From Vulcanimicrobiaceae bacterium (GTDB taxonomy: Bacteria; Vulcanimicrobiota; Vulcanimicrobiia; Vulcanimicrobiales; Vulcanimicrobiaceae), in assembly GCA_046262595.1 (NCBI GenBank), contig JBHEMM010000007.1, positions 9,945-28,073 on the forward strand: DNA of 18,129 bases, in the 5' to 3' direction. Positions 9,619 to 16,732 of the stretch are shown here, piece after piece. The notes beneath the pieces were generated by a model, which was not told the DNA's origin, did not search any database, and was given only the letters and a program-made list of their open reading frames with translations. A program made the translations under genes and the position numbers. Positions within the stretch are counted from its first letter, which is position 1; each line of letters starts with the position of its first letter.

Positions 9619-11292
9619 ATGATCGCGTTCGCGCGTGCATGCGCCGCGATCGCCGCAACGCCGGCTAAGCTGGAAAAGGTTGCCATTCTAGCAGCGTACC
9701 TGCGCACGCTCGACGATGCCGGCTTGGCGCACGCAGCCCGGTTCTTTACCGGCAATCCATTTGCGGCGCGCGACGAGCGCAGCCTAGGAATCGGCGGGCG
9801 CACGATTATCGCGGCCGCCAAACGCGCGTGGGATGTGCGCGAAGGCGCACTTTCGGCAGCATACCGCCAGCATGGCGATCTGGGCGCCGCTCTGGGACCG
9901 CAACTGCGGCCGCCGGCCGGCCTCGCGCTGTTCACGGAGACGCTTACGCCGGCGTTGCTGTACGGCATATTCGAAGAGATCGCGGCGGCGCGCGGGAAGG
10001 CGGCCGGGCGCAAACGCGAAGCGCTCTGCGAGCGCATTTTTCGCGCCTGCAGCGATCCGCTTGAAGCGACGTACGTCATCAAAATCTTGACGGGCGATCT
10101 GCGCATCGGTTTACGTGAGGGGCTTATCGTTGACGGCGTTGCTGCGGCGTTTGACGCGCCGCCGAAAGCCGTCCGGCGTGCGTCGATGCTGGCCGGCGAT
10201 ATCGGCGCGGTGGCCGTTGCTGCGCGGCATGGCGGTCTCGATGCGTTGCGGATCGCGTACGGCACGCCGGTCGGCTTCATGCTGGCAACGCCCGTTACGT
10301 ATGGATCGGAGTATAAGGACCTTCAGCAAGGCGGCTGGATCGTCGAGGAAAAATTTGACGGCATCCGCGCGCAGGCACACAAGTTTGGCGGCGTTGTGCG
10401 TCTCTTTTCACGCACGCTCAATGAGGTGACGCATTCGTACCCGGAAGTGGAACAGGTGCTGCTCGGCGTTCGGGGCGACTTCATGCTTGACGGCGAGCTG
10501 ATCGCGCAAAGCGGCGAGCGCGTGCTGCCGTTCCGCTACCTGCAGGCGCGGCTGCAGCGCAAGACGATCGACGAGGGGCTGCTGCAAGAAGTTCCCGTAA
10601 CATACGCGGTGTTCGACCTGCTCGCGCAAGGCGACGAGTTCCTGATCGATGCGCCGCTGCTCGAACGGCGGGAACGCTTAGCGCAGCTGGTGGCGCCCCA
10701 GCCGCATCTGCACCTCGCGCCGTTCACCCGGTTGGGCGAACCGCCCGCCGCCGAAGAACTGCACGATCGCTTCGAGCGCGCGCGCGCGCAAGGGCATGAA
10801 GGCCTGATGCTCAAGCGCACGGATGCTCCGTATCATCCGGGTAAGCGCGGTAAATGGTGGCTCAAGCTCAAACGCGAGCTCTCGACGCTTGATGTGGTCG
10901 TTGTCGCGGTGGAGTGGGGACACGGCAAACGCGCAAAGGTGCTCTCCGATTACACATTTGCGGTGCGCGGCGAGAACGGCGAATTGCTGACGATCGGCAA
11001 AGCGTATTCCGGCTTGACCGATGCGGAGATCGCGCGGCTCACGCCATGGTTTTTAGAGCACGCGACCGGAAAGCGGGGATACGCCATCGCGGTCGAACCG
11101 CAGATAGTTTTAGAGGTGGCGTTCGATATTCTGCAGCCGAGCGATTTGCACGAGAGCGGCTTCTCGATGCGCTTTCCGCGCATCGTGCGCGTCCGCGACG
11201 ATAAGCCGGCGAGCGAGATCGATTCCATGGATCGCGTGCGCGGAATTTACACGGAGATGCTCACGCGCGAGGGGCTGGATGCCAAGGCTTAG
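9619..11292 (+). CDS. ATP-dependent DNA ligase (LigB/archaeal-like: DNA-binding, adenylation and OB domains)
   Basis: Motif I EEKFDG, LDGE, FDLL, EGLMLK, WLKLK and RFPRIVRVRDDK. N-terminal helical domain with LRIGLREG. Confidence 0.95.
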   Translation: MIAFARACAAIAATPAKLEKVAILAAYLRTLDDAGLAHAARFFTGNPFAARDERSLGIGGRTIIAAAKRAWDVREGALSAAYRQHGDLGAALGPQLRPPAGLALFTETLTPALLYGIFEEIAAARGKAAGRKREALCERIFRACSDPLEATYVIKILTGDLRIGLREGLIVDGVAAAFDAPPKAVRRASMLAGDIGAVAVAARHGGLDALRIAYGTPVGFMLATPVTYGSEYKDLQQGGWIVEEKFDGIRAQAHKFGGVVRLFSRTLNEVTHSYPEVEQVLLGVRGDFMLDGELIAQSGERVLPFRYLQARLQRKTIDEGLLQEVPVTYAVFDLLAQGDEFLIDAPLLERRERLAQLVAPQPHLHLAPFTRLGEPPAAEELHDRFERARAQGHEGLMLKRTDAPYHPGKRGKWWLKLKRELSTLDVVVVAVEWGHGKRAKVLSDYTFAVRGENGELLTIGKAYSGLTDAEIARLTPWFLEHATGKRGYAIAVEPQIVLEVAFDILQPSDLHESGFSMRFPRIVRVRDDKPASEIDSMDRVRGIYTEMLTREGLDAKA

Positions 11293-11528
11293 CGCCAGTA
11301 CTTCTTCTCGCGCTGCTCTTGAATGCGCAGGGCGCGTTCGTATGAATCGAACGTGCGCTGCGGTTTCTTTTTGCTCAGGCCGGCGCGCACCCGGAAATAG
11401 CCGAGCAGCAGCAGTAACCCAATCGCTGCCAGTGCTAGAACGGGGCGCGGACGGCCGCCGAGGTTCATTGCGGACAGGCTTGCGAGTACGACCGCCGCAA
11501 GGGCAACAAGGGTTTGGGCGCGAGGCAT
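11289..11528 (-). CDS. Small hypothetical membrane protein (79 aa; two hydrophobic segments, basic C-terminal tail)
   Basis: ATG at 11528, 19 nt downstream of the crotonase stop. Hydrophobic stretches LVALAAVVLASLSAM and VLALAAIGLLLLLGYF. 4-nt convergent overlap with the ligase. Confidence 0.65.
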   Translation of the reverse strand: MPRAQTLVALAAVVLASLSAMNLGGRPRPVLALAAIGLLLLLGYFRVRAGLSKKKPQRTFDSYERALRIQEQREKKYWR

Positions 11529-11547
11529 GGGTGTTGCCCGGGCGGTC

Positions 11548-12402
11548 TTATTTATTCTTGAATTTCGACATGCGCTTTTCGTTGTAGGCGGCGATGCCTT
11601 CTTTGGCGTCTTCGCTCTTGAAGAGCAGTGACTGCAATTCGCGCTCAAGCGCCAGTGCGTCGTTGAGCGGCAGCTCCAAACCGGTTTGCACGGCGCGTTT
11701 GATGTGTCCGACCGCCATTGGCGCTTTGTTCGGCGTCGTGAATTGCTTGGCGTACGTGACGACCTGCTCGCGAAAGCTGTGCGCGTCGCCTTCGTAGATG
11801 TCGCTGACCATGCCCCATTCGAGCGCTTGTTCGAAACTGAAGGTGCGGCCCGTGGCCATCAGTTCGATGGCACGTGATTTGCCGACGAGACGTGCGAGGC
11901 GCTGCGTCCCGCCCGTGCCGGGAAGCACGCCGAGCGCAACCTCGGGTAAGCCGATCTTGCCGGCGTCTTGGCGCGCGATGCGAATATCCGCCGCCATTGC
12001 GATCTCGAGTCCGCCGCCCACCGTGTGGCCGTTGAGGGCGGCGATAACCAGCTTCGGGGTTTGCTCCAGACGCGAGAGCGTTTCGTTGGCGTGCAGGCAG
12101 AAATTATACTTGAACTCCGGCGTCACGTTGTTAAGCATGCCGATGTTCGCGCCGGCCGAAAAGAACTTTTCACCTTTGCCGGTGAGCAAGATCACTTCCA
12201 CGTCTTGATCGAAGCGCGCGTCCAGAATCGCTTCGTCGAGCTGGCGCATCATTTCATGCGTGTAGGTGTTTGCCGGCGGATCGTCCAGCTCGATGACTCC
12301 GACGTGGCCTTCCTTAAAATATTGAATAACGCGCTTGCCGTCTATGCTGCGCTCCTCGCGGCCGAAGGGCGTTTGGACGGTTCCGTTAGCGGCTACTGAC
12401 AT
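11548..12402 (-). CDS. Enoyl-CoA hydratase/isomerase (crotonase) family protein, single-domain BoxC-like (putative epoxybenzoyl-CoA ring-cleaving hydrolase)
   Basis: Crotonase motifs GGGLE and LPEVALGVLPGTGG supply two catalytic Glu. FSAGANIGML and FKYNFCLHANET resemble the BoxC N-terminal domain (remembered as FCSGANIFML...KVNFCKFTNET). Lies directly downstream of the boxB-like gene. Confidence 0.85.
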   Translation of the reverse strand: MSVAANGTVQTPFGREERSIDGKRVIQYFKEGHVGVIELDDPPANTYTHEMMRQLDEAILDARFDQDVEVILLTGKGEKFFSAGANIGMLNNVTPEFKYNFCLHANETLSRLEQTPKLVIAALNGHTVGGGLEIAMAADIRIARQDAGKIGLPEVALGVLPGTGGTQRLARLVGKSRAIELMATGRTFSFEQALEWGMVSDIYEGDAHSFREQVVTYAKQFTTPNKAPMAVGHIKRAVQTGLELPLNDALALERELQSLLFKSEDAKEGIAAYNEKRMSKFKNK

Positions 12403-13530
12403 TTAGGCGGCCTCGCTCTTTCCTTTGGGTGCGATCCAGGACGGATCTTTGAAATAGTCTTTAAGCAGCACTTCATCCTGCGCGCAGGGTAGAACGGTGG
12501 GAGCATACGTCTGCCATTCTTCGGCGGTAATTCGGCGCCCGTCCGTGGTCCAATATTGGCCGGCGTACGCGCCGATTTTGCGGTTGAAGCGCGCGTCCGG
12601 CATGAAGATTTTGGTCTCCGAGGGGTTGACCCCATTCACGCGCTCCACGGTTTTCTCGCATTCGTCGTAGAATTGGCCGCGCGCGCGCTCGTTCAGATGT
12701 TCCTTGTCGGCAGCTTCTGACGTTTTGTCTTCGTCCACGCGGCCTTTGATGCCCCACGTGTACGCCCACTGCGCGGAACCGCTGTGATCGGTCCCGAAAA
12801 GGTCGAGCGAACCGGAGATCCACTTGTTGTAATACTTCTGCTGGACGTTGACCGGGATAACGCCTGCCTGCGCGATCCGGCGCAGACCGGAGATGCCGGT
12901 ACCCATGTGGTAGGATTCTTCGCGCAGCATCGGACCCATCGAACGGGCCAGCGGCGCGAAGCCGGAATGTGAGAGCATCGTCAATTGGAATTTGCCGTCG
13001 CGATCCATGAAGTTGGTGTAGGCGAAAAAGTCCATCCAATGCGTGACGTCGTCATTGAAGGCGTTCAACAAGCGGTTCTTCTTGCCGAATGCGCGGCGTT
13101 CGAGCATTTTCTGGGCCTCAATCTTCCCGTCGGCGCCAAAATGGTTCACGAGCAGATGACACATCTGATAGCCGTGGCGCGTCTCCTCGACCATGATGCG
13201 CACGAGCGAGGCAAGATCGTATTCGGACGGCGCATTGTTGACCAGGAAGCGCTGCTGTTCGTTGCTGGCGAACTCCGTGTCACCTTGGAACACAATCATG
13301 TTCAAAACCGCGTCGCGCATACGCTGATCGGGCAGTTCGAGCACTTTGTCCCAGCGGCGCTCGCCTTTGAAGTCGCCGAACGAGATCTCGCCGGTCGGCA
13401 GCTCGCCGTATTTGGCTTCAAACGTGTAGCCTGGCATGTAACGCTCGATGAGCTCGTTGTTGAGGCCGATATCGTTTTGCCACTCTTTGAGCAGGTCGAG
13501 CCAATCGTCGAAAGTCGATATACGCGCCAT
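12403..13530 (-). CDS. boxB: Di-iron aromatic-CoA epoxidase, BoxB-like (benzoyl-CoA 2,3-epoxidase family), short 375-aa form
   Basis: QGDTEFASNEQQR, APSEYDL, EETRH, DRDGKFQL, SGFAPLAR and EESYH follow the BoxB pattern, with two ExxH di-iron motifs. Start at ATG 13530 with GGAGG SD. Substrate not proven. Confidence 0.8.
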   Translation of the reverse strand: MARISTFDDWLDLLKEWQNDIGLNNELIERYMPGYTFEAKYGELPTGEISFGDFKGERRWDKVLELPDQRMRDAVLNMIVFQGDTEFASNEQQRFLVNNAPSEYDLASLVRIMVEETRHGYQMCHLLVNHFGADGKIEAQKMLERRAFGKKNRLLNAFNDDVTHWMDFFAYTNFMDRDGKFQLTMLSHSGFAPLARSMGPMLREESYHMGTGISGLRRIAQAGVIPVNVQQKYYNKWISGSLDLFGTDHSGSAQWAYTWGIKGRVDEDKTSEAADKEHLNERARGQFYDECEKTVERVNGVNPSETKIFMPDARFNRKIGAYAGQYWTTDGRRITAEEWQTYAPTVLPCAQDEVLLKDYFKDPSWIAPKGKSEAA

Positions 13531-13543
13531 GGAGGCCTCCAGC

Positions 13544-13613
13544 AATGTGACGGAAATTCTGCTTGTCGTGAGAATAGTGTCATATGACCTCTTTCCTGTC
13601 AAGGCCGGTGACA
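13544..13613. promoter_or_regulatory. Candidate PaaX operator region (clustered TGAC/GTCA inverted repeats)
   Basis: ATGTGAC(13545-13551)-N27-GTCATAT(13579-13585), the palindrome GTCATATGAC (13579-13588), and TGTCA-N7-TGACA (13597-13613), all between the divergent boxB-like and paaX genes. Confidence 0.45.
13574..13602 (-). promoter_or_regulatory. Putative sigma70-type promoter for the boxB-like operon
   Basis: Minus strand reads TTGACA (13602-13597), a 17-nt spacer, then CACTAT (13579-13574), preceded by an extended -10 TGn. Confidence 0.6.
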
Positions 13614-14417
13614 CGTCCGAACTCGTTTATCTTCACCCTCTTCGGCGACTTCGTGCACCGCACCGGGCAGGCGGACGGCGAGCTGTGGGTCGGCGGCCTC
13701 ATCCGCTTGATGGCCGAGTTCGGACTCTCCGATCAGGCGGTGCGGCAAGCAGTTTCGCGTATGTCGCGTCAGGGCTGGCTCCAACCGCGCCGGCGCGGGA
13801 ACCGTTCCTACTACGTTCTCACGCCGCGGGGACGGGCACGCGTCGAGGCAATCAGTCCCCGCATTTACGGACCCGTCGTGGATTGGGACGGGCATTGGCG
13901 CATGCTCACGTATACGATCGCCGAAGCGAACCGCCGCGGACGCGACGGGCTGCGCAAAGATTTACTGGTCCTTGGATGGGCGCCGCTCTCGGCGTCGGCG
14001 TGGCTGTCGCCGCACGACCGGCTGGAGGACGCGCGCAGCGCAGCGCGATCGAACGGCGTGTTCGACAGCGTGGACTTGTTTTCGGGTGAATACCTGGGGC
14101 CGCGAACGGACCGCGAGCTGCTCGAACGCTGCTGGGATCTGCCGGCCATCGCGCAGCAGTACCGCGCGTTCATCGCACGGTATGAAACGCGCTTGCGGAA
14201 CGAACGCGCGGCGCGCGACTTGCCGGACGGCGCGGCGTTCGTCGAACGCATGTGGCTGGTCCACGACTACCGCAAGTTTACGTACATCGATCCTGGTTTG
14301 CCCAGCACGCTGCTTCCCGCGCACTGGCCCGGAACGGTGGCCGCGGCGCTCTTTCGCGAGTATTACGCACTTATCTCACCAAAGGCGGAGCAGCATTTTA
14401 CCTCGGCGAGGGGTTAG
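13584..14417 (+). CDS. paaX: PaaX family transcriptional repressor (aryl-CoA responsive)
   Basis: SFIFTLFGD, AVRQAVSRMSRQGWL (winged helix), WDGHW, CWDL, LVHDYRKFTYIDPGLPSTLLPAHWPG. True start may be GTG 13608. Confidence 0.93.
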   Translation: MTSFLSRPVTRPNSFIFTLFGDFVHRTGQADGELWVGGLIRLMAEFGLSDQAVRQAVSRMSRQGWLQPRRRGNRSYYVLTPRGRARVEAISPRIYGPVVDWDGHWRMLTYTIAEANRRGRDGLRKDLLVLGWAPLSASAWLSPHDRLEDARSAARSNGVFDSVDLFSGEYLGPRTDRELLERCWDLPAIAQQYRAFIARYETRLRNERAARDLPDGAAFVERMWLVHDYRKFTYIDPGLPSTLLPAHWPGTVAAALFREYYALISPKAEQHFTSARG

Positions 14418-14444
14418 CGGCGCATTTCGCCCAAGAGGTATGCG

Positions 14445-14897
14445 ATGATCCGAACAACCGCCGAGCGTTATGTTGACTGTCCCTTTTCTGCCGTCATGGA
14501 GCTTGCCGAAAATGCGCTTCACGCACGGACGGAACTCTATTTGACGCCGTCTGCCCCGCTTGGCGAGCAGGTTGCCTTTTCCGCAAAGACGACCGACGAT
14601 GCAACCGATACCGCGCGCCGCCACGATGCGCTGCTCATTGCATGGAAGCCGCGGACGCATCGCCTTTTCCCCGACTTTCGCGGCGTGCTTACGGCTCGCC
14701 CCGAAAAGCGCGGCGCGCACCTTTTACTCACGGGATGGCACACGCCGCCATTCGGCGCAGCGGGCGCCATTTTCGATGTCATTGCGGGGCGCCGCATCGC
14801 GCGCCGCACGCTCAAACACTTGCTTCGAAGCATATCCGCCGCTATCGAGGCAGGCTATCGCGCGGAAGTGGCGCGCGCTTCTGTTTTAGGCGGCTGA
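14445..14897 (+). CDS. Hypothetical protein, possibly SRPBCC/START-like fold
   Basis: 150-aa ORF with AGAGG SD-like sequence upstream. The pattern W.P....LFP.F.G.L...L.L.G...PPFG..G..FD...GRRIA followed by a long C-terminal helix suggests a helix-grip fold (inference). Confidence 0.6.
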   Translation: MIRTTAERYVDCPFSAVMELAENALHARTELYLTPSAPLGEQVAFSAKTTDDATDTARRHDALLIAWKPRTHRLFPDFRGVLTARPEKRGAHLLLTGWHTPPFGAAGAIFDVIAGRRIARRTLKHLLRSISAAIEAGYRAEVARASVLGG

Positions 14898-14904
14898 GAA
14901 GGCG

Positions 14905-15213
14905 CTAAAGCTCTTCGCCTTCGTGCAGGTGCAGATGGCAGCCGTCTTCGGCGTCGCGGAGCACTTCGCGCGCTTCGGTGAGCAGGTCTTGCGAGATCTC
15001 GCCGGGGCCCTCGACGGTGCCGTCGGCTGCAAGGAAGTCCGACTCGCTCCACTCTTCCCACGTTTCGAGCGGTACGCCGTCAACTTCGCCCGGAAAACGC
15101 ACGCAGAAGCCTTCTTCCAAATGCAGTCCGACGACAATCACCTTCGTTCCGCTCGGGAAGTATTCGCCGTCCTTCCAGAGCGTGCCGTAGGTCGTTTGGT
15201 ACGTTGAACCCAT
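14905..15213 (-). CDS. Small acidic hypothetical protein (102 aa)
   Basis: Co-directional with the ALDH and 25 nt downstream of it. Protein-like composition: 23 D/E versus 5 K/R. Fills the gap between convergent genes. Confidence 0.65.
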   Translation of the reverse strand: MGSTYQTTYGTLWKDGEYFPSGTKVIVVGLHLEEGFCVRFPGEVDGVPLETWEEWSESDFLAADGTVEGPGEISQDLLTEAREVLRDAEDGCHLHLHEGEEL

Positions 15214-15238
15214 TTTTAGCGGTTCGATGCTGCAGACC

Positions 15239-16732
15239 TCACACGCCGAACGGATCGATCGGCTTCTCGCCGGTGTACGTTATGACGCTTTTCGTTTCCG
15301 AATACTGCGCGAGCGTTTCCAGGCCGAGCTCGCGGCCGTATCCCGATGCCTTATACCCGCCGAACGGCACGCCGGGAAACACCGCATACGGCGTATTGAT
15401 CGCGACGGTCCCGCTGCGCATCGCTTTCGCGACCCGGTTGACCCGGCCGACGTTTTCGGACCAGACGCTCGCCGAAAGGCCGTACTCCGAATCATTGGCG
15501 AGCGCTATGGCGTCCGCTTCGTTTTTGAAACGCAAGAAGCTCGCGACGGGGCCGAACACTTCTTCGCGGGCGATGCGGTGTTGGGGTTTTGTTTCGTAAG
15601 CGCTGGCCGACCAGAACATGCCGTTCGCAAAACCTTCGCCCAGCTGCGGGCGTTCGCCGCCGAAGAGCTTCGTTGCACCCTCTGCATCGGCGATCTCGCA
15701 GTATTTTTCAATTTTATCGAGCTGCTCGCGCATCGTGATGGCGCCGACGTGGGTTTGCGGATCTTCCGGATTGCCGGTGCGCAGTTTCGCTGCCTTCTGT
15801 TTGAACTGATCGATGAACGCATCGGCTATCGCTTCGTGCAGCAGCACGCGCGAGCGCGCCTCGCATGTTTGACCCGCGTTGTAGAAGATGCCGTACAGCG
15901 CGCCGTTCACGGCTTGCGTAAGATCCGCGTCGTCGAACACGACCGACGGCGATTTTCCGCCGAGCTCGAGCGTAACGCGTTTGAGTGTCTGCGAGGCGGT
16001 TGCCGCGACGCGCTTTCCGGTTGCGGTGCTGCCGGTGAACGCGATTTTGTCCACGCCGGGATGTTCGACAAGCGCCTGGCCAAGCTGCGTGCTATCGCCC
16101 GTGAGAATGTTGAGCACGCCTTCGGGCAAACCGGCTTCAAGCGCAATTTTACCGAGTTCGACCGCGGTCAGCGGCGTCGACGGCGCCGGCTTGAGGATGA
16201 TCGTGCAGCCGGCCGCAAGCGCCGGCGCCACTTTCCAGGAGGCGAGCAGCAGCGGGAAATTCCACGGCACGATCGCGCCGACCACTCCGGCGGGTTCCTG
16301 CAGTGTGTACGCAAGGTAATTCGGCAGCGGTGCCGCCAGCGTGCTGCCGTAGTTTTTCGTTGCCGCGCCGGCGTAAAACTCGAAGCAATCCACGATCGCG
16401 CCGATCTCGCCTTTTGCGGTGTTGATCGTCTTCCCGTTGTCGCGCACTTCGAGCAGCGCCAGTTCGCTCGCGCGTTGGGCGATGAGCTGCGCCATCTTAT
16501 AGATGATCTTCGCGCGGCGGGAAGCGGCCATGCTCGACCATTTTCCCGTTTCGAACGCGGCGCGCGCCGCTTTCACCGCGCGGTCCACGTCGGCCGCGCC
16601 GGCATTCGCAACGTCGGCCAAAACAGCACCCGTTGCGGGATTCGCATTTACATACGTTGCGCCGCCGGCAGCTTCCATAAACTCTTTGCCAATCAGCAGC
16701 TGCGTCGTTGTTCTCGAACCGGTAGCGGTCAT
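15239..16732 (-). CDS. NAD(P)+-dependent aldehyde dehydrogenase
   Basis: IVPWNFP, KPA, FTGSTATG, LELGGKSP (catalytic Glu), NAGQTC (catalytic Cys), EEVFGP and PFGGYKASGYGRE. Confidence 0.95.
   Translation of the reverse strand: MTATGSRTTTQLLIGKEFMEAAGGATYVNANPATGAVLADVANAGAADVDRAVKAARAAFETGKWSSMAASRRAKIIYKMAQLIAQRASELALLEVRDNGKTINTAKGEIGAIVDCFEFYAGAATKNYGSTLAAPLPNYLAYTLQEPAGVVGAIVPWNFPLLLASWKVAPALAAGCTIILKPAPSTPLTAVELGKIALEAGLPEGVLNILTGDSTQLGQALVEHPGVDKIAFTGSTATGKRVAATASQTLKRVTLELGGKSPSVVFDDADLTQAVNGALYGIFYNAGQTCEARSRVLLHEAIADAFIDQFKQKAAKLRTGNPEDPQTHVGAITMREQLDKIEKYCEIADAEGATKLFGGERPQLGEGFANGMFWSASAYETKPQHRIAREEVFGPVASFLRFKNEADAIALANDSEYGLSASVWSENVGRVNRVAKAMRSGTVAINTPYAVFPGVPFGGYKASGYGRELGLETLAQYSETKSVITYTGEKPIDPFGV

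Noticed and set aside
12403..13530. Calling the di-iron protein PaaA or PaaC because paaX is adjacent
   Set aside because: QGDTE, DRDGKFQL and SGFxPLAR are BoxB-type motifs, and no paaB/C/D/E genes flank it.
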